Positions 15,496-26,181 are shown, counted from the stretch's first letter. The stretch: DNA of 32,000 nt from Longivirga aurantiaca (GCF_042660085.1 NZ_JBHSTI010000008.1:1749876-1781875), one strand, 5' to 3'. The notes: generated by a model from the sequence alone, not told the origin. Program-made: numbers and translations.

Positions 15496-16038
15496 TCAGG
15501 CCGTGCTGTCGGTGCCGACGAGGTCGGCCTCGTCCTCGTCGTCGTACGCGGAGACGTCGACCGGGTCCCGGTCGAGCGAGAACTTCGTGCGGGGCCAGGC
15601 GACGAGCCACGTCGCCATGCCGACGAACAGGAAGTCGCGCAGCAGGTAGCTGGCGTACCGCAGCGTCTTGCCGTCGGCGCTGATGTCGCCGCCACCGCCG
15701 AAGCAGCCGCACTCGATGGAGTAGCCGCGCACCCAGACGCTCACCACGCCGATCATGAAGCCGACCATCAGCAGCGCGGTGCCGAGGGCGGCCCAGCGCG
15801 TGAACAGCCCGACGAGCAGCAGGACGGCGAGCAGGATCTCGAAGGCGGGCAGCGCCCACGAGAGCAGCGGCACGAGCGCGTCGGGCACGAGGCGGTAGGC
15901 GATGATCACCGACCGGGCGCCGTCAGACTCGAACAGCTTGGGCACGGCGGCGAACAGCAGGATGCCGGCGAGCGCGACGCGCAGGAGCGTGCCGATCCAG
16001 GCGCGGACCTCGGAGTTCACGGGCTGATCATCCCTCAT
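15496..16038 (-). CDS. MauE/DoxX-family integral membrane protein (candidate redox partner of the adjacent DsbA-like protein)
   Basis: 180 aa with four predicted TM helices and the conserved Cys pair in IECGCFGGGG, typical of the MauE family. Acidic C-terminal tail. An alternative start is the GTG six codons downstream. Confidence 0.7.
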   Translation of the reverse strand: MRDDQPVNSEVRAWIGTLLRVALAGILLFAAVPKLFESDGARSVIIAYRLVPDALVPLLSWALPAFEILLAVLLLVGLFTRWAALGTALLMVGFMIGVVSVWVRGYSIECGCFGGGGDISADGKTLRYASYLLRDFLFVGMATWLVAWPRTKFSLDRDPVDVSAYDDEDEADLVGTDSTA

Positions 16039-16138
16039 GACGACGTGGCGGGCCGGGACCGACCCCCTGGAGGGACGCTCGCACGGCCGTGGATGTTCCC
16101 CGATTCAACCAACCGATGCCCGGATGTGACCGGACGGC

Positions 16139-16938
16139 TCAGACGTGCGCGTGTCGGCGCACGCCCTCGGCCAGCTCGGCCGCCAGCCTTCCCACCGCCG
16201 CGACCCCGGCCGCAGGTGTCTCGGCGTCGAGCAGCAGGCGCACGAAGGCTGAACCCACGATGACACCGTCGGCGTATGCCGCGACGTCGGCGGCCTGGTC
16301 GGGTGTCGACACGCCGAGACCGACCGCGATCGGCAGGCTCGTGCGCGGACGGGTGCGCGCGACGAGCTCGGGGGCCGCGGCCGACACCGACTTCACGCCG
16401 GTCACACCCATGAGGGAGGCGGCGTAGACGAAGCCGGAGGTGATCCCGCAGACGACGTCGATCCGCTCGTCGGAGCTGCTCGGGGCCACGAGGAAGACCC
16501 GGTCGAGCCCGGCCTCGTCGGTGGCCGCGATCCAGGGGCCGGCCTCCTCGGGCGTGAGGTCGGGCGTGATCACGCCCGTGCCGCCGGCGGAGGCGAGGTC
16601 GCGCGCGAACCGCTCGATCCCGTACCTCTCGATGGGGTTCCAGTAGGTCATCACGAGCGTCGGCGCGCCGGTGCGGGCGACGGCCTCGGCCGTCGCGAGC
16701 ACGTCCCTGGTGGTCGTGCCCTGACGCAGGGACTGCTCGGCGGCGGCCTGGATGGTCGGGCCGTCCATGAGCGGGTCGGAGTACGGCAGCCCGATCTCGA
16801 CGACGTCGACGCCGTTCTCGACCATCACGCGGATGGCGTCGACGGCGCCGTCGACCGACGGGAAGCCGGCGGGCAGGTAGCCGACGAGGGCGGCCCGGTC
16901 CTCGGCCCGTGCGGCCGCGAAGGCCTCGTGGAGCGTGC

Positions 16939-16942
<4 letters not shown>
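16139..16942 (-). CDS. trpA: tryptophan synthase alpha chain
   Basis: Lies inside track ORF 16139..17971(-). Start is GTG 16942 ([27 protein letters not shown]), with GTGA overlap on the trpB stop. Motifs [19 protein letters not shown] and [13 protein letters not shown] are present. Confidence 0.95.
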
Positions 16943-18186
<1,244 letters not shown>

Positions 18187-18214
18187 GCGGGAAGTCTCTC
18201 AGTGGTCGGGCGAG

Positions 18215-19024
18215 TCAGCCACGCGCGTTCTTGACGGCAGGGTGGGCCCCCGCCGCGACGAGGTCCTGGACCGCCGTGCGCGGGTCGCCGCCGGTGACGA
18301 GGGACTCCCCCACGAGGACGGCGTCGGCCCCGGCGTGGGCGTAGGCGATGAGGTCGTGCGGCCCGCGCACGCCCGACTCGGCGATGCGCACGCAGCTCTC
18401 GGGGATCGAGGGCGCGACACGGGCGAAGGTCTCGCGGTCGACCTCGAGGGTCTTGAGGTTGCGGACGTTGACACCGATGACCGTGGCGCCGGCGTCCACC
18501 GCGCGGGCCACCTCGAGCTCGTCGTGCACCTCGACCAGCGGGGTGAGCCCGAGCGAGCGCGCGCGCTCGATCAACGAGACCAGCGCCTCCTGCTCGAGGG
18601 CGGCCACGATGAGCAGCGCGACGTCGGCGCCGTACGCCCGCGCCTCCCAGAGCTGGTAGCTGGAGACGATGAAGTCCTTGCGCAGCACGGGGATGTCGAC
18701 GGCGGCACGGACGGCGGCGAGGTCGTCGAGCGAGCCGCCGAACCGGCGCTGCTCGGTGAGCACGCTGATGATGTGCGCGCCGCCGGCCTCGTAGTCGCGG
18801 GCGAGCGCCGCGGGGTCGGCGATGGCAGCCAGCTGGCCCTTGCTGGGGCTCGAGCGCTTGACCTCGGCGATGACGGCGACGCCGTCCTGGCGCAGGACCG
18901 CCTCGGCGTCGATCGCCGCGGGGCGGGCGGCGGCGAGCCGCTTGAGCTCGTCGAGGCTCGTGGCCTCCTGCCGTGCGGCGAGGTCTTCGCGCACGCCGGC
19001 CAGGATGTCGTCGAGCACCGTCAT
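18215..19024 (-). CDS. trpC: indole-3-glycerol phosphate synthase
   Basis: 269 aa. [18 protein letters not shown] and VGESLV motifs of IGPS. Confidence 0.95.
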   Translation of the reverse strand: MTVLDDILAGVREDLAARQEATSLDELKRLAAARPAAIDAEAVLRQDGVAVIAEVKRSSPSKGQLAAIADPAALARDYEAGGAHIISVLTEQRRFGGSLDDLAAVRAAVDIPVLRKDFIVSSYQLWEARAYGADVALLIVAALEQEALVSLIERARSLGLTPLVEVHDELEVARAVDAGATVIGVNVRNLKTLEVDRETFARVAPSIPESCVRIAESGVRGPHDLIAYAHAGADAVLVGESLVTGGDPRTAVQDLVAAGAHPAVKNARG

Positions 19025-19073
19025 GCGGTGAGGCTATCCGTTGCGGTGCCGCGGTCGACCCGCCGGGTGGGCG

Positions 19074-19523
19074 TCAGGCCGCCGCTCCTGATCCCAGCCA
19101 CGCCAGCACCTCCACTCCCCCGACGTTGCGGACGACGGTGAACACCGCCAGCGCTCCGACCACGGGCCAGAGGACCGCCGGGCGCAGCAGCGCGTCGGAC
19201 ACCGCCTGGACGGGGTGCGCGCGCTCTCCGTCGGGGTCGCCGATCCACTCCCGGCGCAGCCAGGCCACCCAGAGCAGGACGACCGGGACCACGAGGACGA
19301 CGGTGAGCAGGTTGTGGTCGGCGGCACCGAGGAGGTCTCCGCGCGCCAGCGCGTGGGTGGCGCGCAGACCGCCGCAGAACGGGCAGTCGAGGCCGGTCAG
19401 CGCCTTGGTCGGGCAGAGCGGGTAGTGCCCCGGCTCGTTGGGGTCGACGAGCCCGACGTAGGCGACGCCGACCAGCGCAGCCGCGCCGACGGCGAGCGGC
19501 GCACGCGCGGCAGTGGGGATCAC
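19074..19523 (-). CDS. DUF2752-family membrane protein
   Basis: Lies inside track ORF 19074..19967(-). Start is GTG 19523, with GTGA overlap on the kinase stop. Cys motif CPTKALTGLDCPFCGGLRA followed by TM helices, as in DUF2752. Confidence 0.7.
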   Translation of the reverse strand: MIPTAARAPLAVGAAALVGVAYVGLVDPNEPGHYPLCPTKALTGLDCPFCGGLRATHALARGDLLGAADHNLLTVVLVVPVVLLWVAWLRREWIGDPDGERAHPVQAVSDALLRPAVLWPVVGALAVFTVVRNVGGVEVLAWLGSGAAA

Positions 19524-20914
19524 GGCACCAGGGTAGGCGCCGGGCCCGGCAGCACCACGCCGATCCGCGCGCCACCCTCCGGCGCGGTGCCCGCGAAGGC
19601 CCGCCCGCCCAGCCTCTCCGCGAGCCGGCCGACGAGGGCGAGCCCCACTCCGGTGCCGACGGTCCGGACGCCTCGGTAGCGCTCGTAGAGGGCCGCGGGC
19701 TCGAACGCCACCGCGACGTCGTCCGGCGTGAGCCCCGGTCCGCCGTCCCGCACCTCGAGGACCGCCGATCCGGGCTGCGCATGCAGCGCGATGACGAGCG
19801 GCCCTCCCGTCGGCGTGACCCGCAGGGCGTTCTCGCACAGGTTGTCGACGACCTGCCGCACCCGGAGCGGATCGGTGCGGACGACGAGCGTCGCCGGGAG
19901 CTCGGCGGAGAACCGGACGCCGACCTTCTCGCAGCGCGCCGACCAGACACCGGCCGCCTCGTGGCACACCGTCACGAGGTCGACGTCGACGAGCGACAGG
20001 CGCAGGTCGGCGGCCCCCAGCCGGGCGAGGTCGAGCAGGTCCGCCACGAGCCGCTCCAGCCGCTGCGCCTCCGTCAGCATGAGCGCGCCGGTCGCCGGCA
20101 CCTGCTCCGGACCGACGACACCGTCGGCGAGGGCCTCGGCGTACCCCGTGATCCCGGTGAGCGGCGTGCGCAGCTCGTGGCTCACGGTCAGGAGGAAGTC
20201 GCGCTGCCTCCCCTCGCTCTGCGCGAGGGCCGACGACAGGCGGTTGAGCGACTCCGAGACGCTCGCCACCTCCTCCGGGCCGTCGACGGGGAGCGCGACG
20301 TCGCGCGCACCCGTCGACATGCGCTCGGCCGCATCGGCCGCACGGCGCAGCGGGCGGACGAGGCGCCGGGCCGCGAGCAGCCCCACGCCCGCGGCCACCA
20401 CGAGCCCGATCAGGCCCGCCAGGAGGAGCCTGCGCAGCGCGACGGTGCCCTGCGAGGCGGCCGCGGCGGAGTCCTGGACGAGGAACACGGACCGGCCCGA
20501 CCCCGTGGGGCGCCCCTCGATGAGCACCGTGCCCCCGGACCCCGTGCTGCGGACGTCGCTGACCGTGCCGCCCGCGCGGGTGACCGCCAGGTCTGCCTCG
20601 GTGACGGGCGGGGAGGCGACGCCCTTCGGACGCACGACGTCGACCGAGATGCCCTGCGCCGCCAGCACCTGGCGCAGCCGCGCGCCGTTCATCATCTGGC
20701 CCATCACGCCGTCGTCCTGGCGGTCGATCACCTCGGCGAGCAGGTCCGCCTGGGTGCCGAGCTGCTGGCGCGCCTGGGTCTGGGCAGCCGCGCTGATGAG
20801 CGGGTACGACACGACACCGGCGACCAGCACCGCCACGACGGCCACGAGCGCGGTGACGAGGGCGAGCTGCGCGCCCAGGGTCGTGCGCCCGGACGACGCC
20901 GCGGGGGCGCTCAC
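19520..20914 (-). CDS. sensor histidine kinase (two TM helices, extracytoplasmic domain, HAMP, HisKA, HATPase_c)
   Basis: 464 aa, GTG start with GTGA overlap on the regulator stop. TM1 is around aa 15-40 and TM2 around aa 160-185. H-box LLTVSHELRTPLTGITGYAE. C-terminal G-boxes (DGGPGL, GVGLALV). Confidence 0.9.
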   Translation of the reverse strand: MSAPAASSGRTTLGAQLALVTALVAVVAVLVAGVVSYPLISAAAQTQARQQLGTQADLLAEVIDRQDDGVMGQMMNGARLRQVLAAQGISVDVVRPKGVASPPVTEADLAVTRAGGTVSDVRSTGSGGTVLIEGRPTGSGRSVFLVQDSAAAASQGTVALRRLLLAGLIGLVVAAGVGLLAARRLVRPLRRAADAAERMSTGARDVALPVDGPEEVASVSESLNRLSSALAQSEGRQRDFLLTVSHELRTPLTGITGYAEALADGVVGPEQVPATGALMLTEAQRLERLVADLLDLARLGAADLRLSLVDVDLVTVCHEAAGVWSARCEKVGVRFSAELPATLVVRTDPLRVRQVVDNLCENALRVTPTGGPLVIALHAQPGSAVLEVRDGGPGLTPDDVAVAFEPAALYERYRGVRTVGTGVGLALVGRLAERLGGRAFAGTAPEGGARIGVVLPGPAPTLVP

Positions 20915-21594
20915 GGCGTCTCGGCGCTGTAGCCGACGCCGCGCACGGTGCGGATCGGGCTCGCGTCGCCGAGCTTGGCGCGCACCTGGGCCACGTGGAC
21001 GTCGACCGTGCGGGTGCCTGCGGCGGCGGCGTAGCCCCAGACCTCCGAGAGCAGCTGCTCGCGCGAGAGCACCCGGCCGGGGCTCTTCATGAGGTGCACG
21101 AGGAGGTCGAACTCGGTTGCCGTCAGCTCCACCTCGGCGCCGTCGACACGCACCTTGTGCGCATCCCGGTCGACCTCGACGCGTCCGAGCACGAGGTGCG
21201 GCGAGGCGGTCACCACGCCGCTGCGGCGGACGGCGGCCTTCACCCGGGCCACGACCTCGCGCGGCGAGAACGGCTTGGTGATGTAGTCGTCGGCACCGAG
21301 CTCGAGGCCCAGCACACGGTCGATCTCGTCGTCGCGCGCCGTGCAGAACAGGATCGGCACCCAGTCGCCGTCCGCGCGCAGCCTGCGGCAGACCTCGGTG
21401 CCGTCGATCTCGGGGAGCCCCACGTCCAGGACGACGGCCACGGGGTGCAGGGCCCGCGCCGAGGCGAGCCCGCCGCGGCCGTCGCGCTCGACATGGACGC
21501 CGAAGCCCTCGCGGGACAGGTAGAGGCGGAGCAGGTCGGCGATGGCCGCCTCGTCCTCGACGACGAGGACCAGGCCCTTCTGCTCGGTGCTCAC
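20911..21594 (-). CDS. OmpR/PhoB-family response regulator
   Basis: 227 aa, GTG start. Receiver domain (LVLVVEDE, VVLDVGLPEIDG, ITKPF) plus a winged-helix output domain (LTATEFDLLVHLM, RTVDVHVAQVRAKL, IRTVRGVGY). Confidence 0.9.
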   Translation of the reverse strand: MSTEQKGLVLVVEDEAAIADLLRLYLSREGFGVHVERDGRGGLASARALHPVAVVLDVGLPEIDGTEVCRRLRADGDWVPILFCTARDDEIDRVLGLELGADDYITKPFSPREVVARVKAAVRRSGVVTASPHLVLGRVEVDRDAHKVRVDGAEVELTATEFDLLVHLMKSPGRVLSREQLLSEVWGYAAAAGTRTVDVHVAQVRAKLGDASPIRTVRGVGYSAETP

Positions 21595-21619
21595 GCGCTC
21601 AGCGTGGCAGAGCCGGAGG

Positions 21620-21637
21620 CACGCTCACGTGAGCGTG
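21620..21637. promoter_or_regulatory. perfect 18-bp palindrome upstream of the response-regulator gene (candidate operator or hairpin)
   Basis: CACGCTCAC|GTGAGCGTG lies in the 82-bp gap between the HGxxPAAW-gene stop (21677) and the regulator start (21594). A further related half-site pair, CACGCG-ctc-AGCGTG, is at 21592-21606. Confidence 0.4.
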
Positions 21638-21676
21638 ATGTTCGGGTCGTGCAAAGAGTCCGTAGGACCCGGGAGA

Positions 21677-21898
21677 TCAGTGCTCGGCGGGGGCGGTGCC
21701 CTGGCCGTAGCCCATCATCGACATGACCTTGCCGACGACGCCGCCGACGACGAAGAGGCCGACGCCGCCGATCCAGAACAGCGCCCAGTTGGCCGCGAGG
21801 ACCCCGACCGCGCCGATGACGAAGGCGACCATGCAGATGGTCACCGCGGTCCACGCTGCGGGCGTGTTGCCGTGGGAGTTGAACGGGCGCTCGCTCAT
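21677..21898 (-). CDS. HGxxPAAW-family small membrane protein
   Basis: 73 aa from ATG 21898 (MSERPFNSHGNTPAAWTAVTICMVAF), inside track ORF 21677..22855(-). Two TM helices. ATGA overlap with the upstream gene. Confidence 0.7.
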   Translation of the reverse strand: MSERPFNSHGNTPAAWTAVTICMVAFVIGAVGVLAANWALFWIGGVGLFVVGGVVGKVMSMMGYGQGTAPAEH

Positions 21899-22626
21899 GG
21901 GGTGTCCTCCGGTGCGTCGGTCGGCGTCATTGTGCCAGTCGCGGGGCCGGGAGACCTGCCCCGGGTCGGCTCCGGCTGCGTGTCGGGCGCGGGGTCCGCT
22001 GTCGGGTCGACGGTCGGGTCGACGCCCTGGTCGAGCTGCTCCCACGCGCTCGCCGGACCGGTCGGGGCGCCGGCAGCAGCCGAGGACCCGTCGCCGTCGG
22101 CCCTCTCGTACTTCCGTCCCATCACCGGCCAGGTGCCGCCGCGCAGCGCGGCCAGGACCCCGACGACCACGAGGAGCGCTCCCCCGACGGCGACGACAAC
22201 CCACCAGGGGCGCACCGACAGCTCGACGTCGACGTCGATCCCGGCCTTCTCGGAGACGAGCCGGACGACGTCGGCGCGGTTGCCCGCTCCGGTGCCGAAC
22301 CAGAGCGCGCCCACCAGCGCGACGAGCCCCTCGAGGACGAGCAGCACGCCGGTGACGGCGCGGCCGAAGCGGCGGGTGGCCACAAGCCCGGCGATCCCGG
22401 CGAGGGCGAGGATCGCCGAGGCCGAGCCGGCCGGCTGGATCTCGCGGCCCTTCAGCTCGACCGCCAGCGAGGGCAGGCCCTCCTGCAGGACGACCGCGCT
22501 GGCCCACACCTGGGCGTACCCGACGAACAGCAGCGCGGCGCCGACGGCCAGCAGGAGGAGCGCCCGGCGGTAGCCCCTGCGGTCCGGGGCGACGGCCTCG
22601 GCGAGCAGGCCCGCGTCGTCGCTCAT
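21895..22626 (-). CDS. Trp-region conserved membrane protein (TIGR02234-like)
   Basis: 243 aa from ATG 22626 ([37 protein letters not shown]), inside track ORF 21895..23988(-). Multiple TM helices. Its position immediately after trpE matches the conserved actinobacterial arrangement. ATGA overlaps on both sides. Confidence 0.7.
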   Translation of the reverse strand: MSDDAGLLAEAVAPDRRGYRRALLLLAVGAALLFVGYAQVWASAVVLQEGLPSLAVELKGREIQPAGSASAILALAGIAGLVATRRFGRAVTGVLLVLEGLVALVGALWFGTGAGNRADVVRLVSEKAGIDVDVELSVRPWWVVVAVGGALLVVVGVLAALRGGTWPVMGRKYERADGDGSSAAAGAPTGPASAWEQLDQGVDPTVDPTADPAPDTQPEPTRGRSPGPATGTMTPTDAPEDTP

Positions 22627-24206
22627 GCGCTGCCGGCCGGGCGCATCGTGGCGGCCATGGCCACGGCGCGCAGCACGGCCGCGGCCTTGTTGCCGCACTC
22701 CTCGTGCTCGGTCGCGGGCACCGAGTCGGCCACGAGCCCCGCACCCGCCTGCACGTGGGCGACCCCGTCCTTGATGACGGCCGTACGGATCGCGATGGCG
22801 GTGTCGAGGTCGCCGGCGAAGTCGAGGTAGCCGACGCACCCGGCGTAGACGCCACGGCGCACCGGCTCGAGCTCGTCGATGATCTCCATCGCCCGCGGCT
22901 TCGGCGCCCCCGAGAGCGTGCCCGCCGGGAACGTCGCCGCCAGCACGTCGTACGCCGTGCGCCCCTCGGCGAGGGTGCCGACGACGGTCGAGACGATGTG
23001 CATGATGTGGCTGTAGCGCTCGACCTTCATGAACTCCACGACCTCGACCGAGCCCGGCGCGCAGACGCGGCCGAGGTCGTTGCGGCCGAGGTCGACGAGC
23101 ATGAGGTGCTCGGCCCGCTCCTTCTCGTCGGCGAGGAGCTCCACCGCGAGCGCGTTGTCCGCCTCGGGGGTGGCGCCGCGGGGACGCGAGCCCGCGATCG
23201 GGTGCAGCAGCGCGCGACCGCCCTCGACCTTCACCAGCGCCTCCGGCGAGGAGCCCACGATGTCGAAGGCCACCTCGTCCGACAGCGAGCCGTCGTCGGT
23301 CACGACGGGCACGCGCAGCAGGTACATGTACGGGCTCGGGTTGGTGACGCGCAGGACGCGGTACACGTCCAACGAGGTGGCGGGGCTCGGGGCGCTGAAC
23401 CGCTGCGACAGCACGATCTGGAAGGCGTCGCCGGCGCGGATGTACTCCCTGCAGGCCTCGACGCCGGCCATGTAGGTCGCGGCGTCGGTGCGCGAGGAGA
23501 CCTCGCCGACCGCGGCGACGTCGTACGTCACGGCCGAGGCGGACGAGTGGGTGGCGAGGTCGGACTGCATGGCGTCGAGCCGGCGCACGGCGTCGGCCCA
23601 GGCGTCGTCGACCCGCTCGTCGGTGGCGTCGTAGTTGATCGCGTTGGCGATCAGGAGCACCGAGCCGTCGTGGTGGTCGAGGACTGCGAGGTCCGTGGCG
23701 AGCAGCATCGCGAGCTCGGGCACGCCGATCTCGTCCGGGTTGGTGTCCGGCAGGCGCTCCCACCGGCGGACGACGTCGTACGAGAGGTAGCCGACCATCC
23801 CACCTGTCAGCGGGGGCAGGCCGGGGAGCCGCTCGGTGTGCAGCGCGGCGATCGTGTCGCGCAGCGCCTCGACCGGGTTGCCGCTCGTGGGCAGGCCCAC
23901 GGGGGCGTTGCCGAACCAGCGGGCCTCGCCGCCGACCTCGGTGAGCATGGCCGCGCAGCGCACCCCCACGAACGAGTAGCGCGACCACGATCGGCCGTGC
24001 TCGGCGGACTCGAGCAGGAACGTGCCGGCGCGCTCCCCCGCGAGCTTGCGGTAGAGGCCGGTAGGCGTCTCGCCGTCGGCGAGCAGACGTCGTACGACGG
24101 GGATGACGCGCCGCTCACGGGCGAGGGCGCGGAAGGTCTCGAGGTCGGGCGCTGCCGACCCGGCGAACCCGCCGGGGTACGGCGACTGCTCGGCGGCGGG
24201 GCTCAT
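22623..24206 (-). CDS. trpE: anthranilate synthase component I
   Basis: 527 aa from ATG 24206 ([16 protein letters not shown]), inside track ORF 22623..24986(-). Chorismate-binding motifs [38 protein letters not shown] and GGYVGYL-like [19 protein letters not shown] are present. Confidence 0.95.
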   Translation of the reverse strand: MSPAAEQSPYPGGFAGSAAPDLETFRALARERRVIPVVRRLLADGETPTGLYRKLAGERAGTFLLESAEHGRSWSRYSFVGVRCAAMLTEVGGEARWFGNAPVGLPTSGNPVEALRDTIAALHTERLPGLPPLTGGMVGYLSYDVVRRWERLPDTNPDEIGVPELAMLLATDLAVLDHHDGSVLLIANAINYDATDERVDDAWADAVRRLDAMQSDLATHSSASAVTYDVAAVGEVSSRTDAATYMAGVEACREYIRAGDAFQIVLSQRFSAPSPATSLDVYRVLRVTNPSPYMYLLRVPVVTDDGSLSDEVAFDIVGSSPEALVKVEGGRALLHPIAGSRPRGATPEADNALAVELLADEKERAEHLMLVDLGRNDLGRVCAPGSVEVVEFMKVERYSHIMHIVSTVVGTLAEGRTAYDVLAATFPAGTLSGAPKPRAMEIIDELEPVRRGVYAGCVGYLDFAGDLDTAIAIRTAVIKDGVAHVQAGAGLVADSVPATEHEECGNKAAAVLRAVAMAATMRPAGSA

Positions 24207-24559
24207 GCGGTCACCAGGCGGTCCGCGTCGAAGCAGGTGCGGTCGCCGGTGTGGCAGGCGCCGCCCACCTGGTCGACCTTGACGAGGACGGTGTCGCCGT
24301 CGCAGTCCAGGCGCACCTCGCGCACGTGCTGCACGTGGCCCGAGGTGTCGCCCTTGACCCACAGCGACTGCCGCGACCGCGACCAGTACGTGGCCCGTCC
24401 GCTCGTCAGCGTGAGGCGGAGCGCCTCGGCGTCCATCCACGCGACCATGAGCACCTCGCCGGAGTCCCACTGCTGCGCCACCGCGGTGACGAGGCCGCGG
24501 TCGTCGAAGCGGACGCGGGCGAGCAGGTCGTCGGCTGGTGTCTCGGTCACGCGCGCCAT
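24203..24559 (-). CDS. hisI: phosphoribosyl-AMP cyclohydrolase
   Basis: 118 aa. [39 protein letters not shown] and [21 protein letters not shown] motifs. Confidence 0.9.
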   Translation of the reverse strand: MARVTETPADDLLARVRFDDRGLVTAVAQQWDSGEVLMVAWMDAEALRLTLTSGRATYWSRSRQSLWVKGDTSGHVQHVREVRLDCDGDTVLVKVDQVGGACHTGDRTCFDADRLVTA

Positions 24560-24669
24560 TCTGCCGTGACACCGGCCCGGTGCAGTCCCGGGTTACGGCG
24601 GGTCGGCGTGGCAGGATCTGCATCGCGGTCGAGGGGCGGCCGTGACGGCCGGTGACGCAGGGGGATCCG

Positions 24670-25386
24670 ATGACCGACCAGCCGCGGGACCCGTTCGCGC
24701 CACCGGACTCTGCCGGTTCGTTCCGTCCGACCGGCTTCCCGCCGCCCGCGCCGCCGGTGCCGGCGTTCCCGCCGCCCACCGGCGCGCCGCTGCCCCCGCC
24801 TCCGTGGTCCGGCGACCCCTTCGGTGCGGCCGTCCCGCCGAAGCCGCGACGCAGGGGACGCGGCCTGATCATCGCCGGTGCGGTGGCGGCCGGCGTGCTC
24901 CTGCTCGGGGCAGCCGGCATCGGGGCCGTGCAGATGCTCGACGGCGCGCTCAGCTCGTCCCGGGCGGGGCTGTCGACCACGGGCACGGGCGGCGACGTCT
25001 GGATCAGCGACGTCGGCGCCGGGGACTGCTACGTGCTCGACGCCGAGGAGCGGCGCGAAGCGAGGGCGGGCTACGTGACCCTCGTCGACTGCACCGAGCC
25101 GCACGACGGCCAGGTGTACGCCGTCGTCCCGGTCGACTTCGACAGCTGGCCCGGCAAGCGCGAGGTCAACGACGCCGCCGAGAAGGGCTGCAGGGCGAAG
25201 GACGTGCTGCTCGACGACGCCATCTGGGACGCCACCGGGCTCGCGGGGAACTGGTACCTGCCGTTCGAGGAGGACTGGGACGTCGAGGACCACACCGCGC
25301 AGTGCGTGGTGGAGGCGGACGACGCGCTCGGCCTGCGCCGGTCGTGGCTCGCCAGCGACTCCGGCACCTCGACCGAGGCCGCCTGA
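24670..25386 (+). CDS. membrane-anchored secreted-domain protein, septum-formation-family-like
   Basis: Track ORF 24652..25386(+). ATG 24670 is preferred because AGGGGGA lies 5-6 nt upstream. Pro-rich N-terminus, one TM helix (LIIAGAVAAGVLLLGAAGIGAV) and an extracytoplasmic domain with four Cys, including GDCYVLD and LVDCTEPHDGQVYAVV. The family assignment is from a recalled pattern only. Confidence 0.55.
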   Translation: MTDQPRDPFAPPDSAGSFRPTGFPPPAPPVPAFPPPTGAPLPPPPWSGDPFGAAVPPKPRRRGRGLIIAGAVAAGVLLLGAAGIGAVQMLDGALSSSRAGLSTTGTGGDVWISDVGAGDCYVLDAEERREARAGYVTLVDCTEPHDGQVYAVVPVDFDSWPGKREVNDAAEKGCRAKDVLLDDAIWDATGLAGNWYLPFEEDWDVEDHTAQCVVEADDALGLRRSWLASDSGTSTEAA

Positions 25387-25392
25387 CCCTGG

Positions 25393-26181
25393 TCAGGCGC
25401 GGCGCAGCCAGCGCCCGCCCTCGCCGATCGTGAGCAGCAGGAGCATGGCGGCCGTCGCGGCGATGGCGAGCCAGTTGCCCAGGCTCACGCTCGCCGAGAC
25501 CCCTGCCCCGTCGACGCCGGTCGTGCGCTGGTAGAGCGAGCCGAGCAGGCTCAGCGCGGAGAGGACGACGAGCGTCCACCCTGCCCAGCGGTGCCCGCGC
25601 ACGGTCATCACCCCCATCACGAGGTAGAGGCACGAGGCCGCGGCCATCACCAGCCCCACGACCAGGACGGTTCCGAGGATCGCGGAGGCGAACTCGTCCA
25701 GCCCCTGGATATCCGGGTTCGCCGCCACCGCCTGCTCGATCTCGGACTTGGCCGCGAGGTAGCCGACGAGCGTGAGTGCCGCTCCCAGTGCCGCGAGGAC
25801 TCCGAACACGATCGAGATCACGCCGGCGGCGAGCACGGAACCGGGCCGCACGTCGGCGGGGGCCGCCGCCGCGCGGCGGTGGGCGTGCGCCGCCGTCGAC
25901 GCCGTGGGGTCCCAGACGGTCGGAGCGTCGTCGTACCCGGCGGCGATGCTGTTGTGCACGGGCACGGCGCCGTAGCCCGGAGCCGCGTGCGGTCCGGTGG
26001 GCACGGCCGCGTCCACCGGGAGGCCGAACTGGTTGACCGCGGGGGCGGGCTGCGTCGCCGCGTACTGCTGCTGCACGGGCGCCTGCGGCGCCGCGGGCAT
26101 GCCGAAACGGTCCGTCGCCGAGCCGGGCGGCGGCGTCGACCGGGGGCCGGTGGCGAAGAAGTCGTACTCCGGTGCAGCCAT
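25393..26181 (-). CDS. hypothetical membrane protein (Pro/Gln/Ala-rich N-terminus, about 4 TM helices)
   Basis: 262 aa from ATG 26181 (MAAPEYDFFATGP), preceded by GGGGAGGG, inside track ORF 25393..27084(-). The hydrophobic C-terminal half has clear TM segments. No family recognised. Confidence 0.5.
   Translation of the reverse strand: MAAPEYDFFATGPRSTPPPGSATDRFGMPAAPQAPVQQQYAATQPAPAVNQFGLPVDAAVPTGPHAAPGYGAVPVHNSIAAGYDDAPTVWDPTASTAAHAHRRAAAAPADVRPGSVLAAGVISIVFGVLAALGAALTLVGYLAAKSEIEQAVAANPDIQGLDEFASAILGTVLVVGLVMAAASCLYLVMGVMTVRGHRWAGWTLVVLSALSLLGSLYQRTTGVDGAGVSASVSLGNWLAIAATAAMLLLLTIGEGGRWLRRA

Noticed and set aside
24203-24260. I looked for a Trp-codon-rich leader peptide or attenuator ahead of trpE.
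   Set aside because: The trpE ATG overlaps the hisI stop (ATGA), so there is no leader space. No tandem-Trp mini-ORF is present upstream of hisI either.
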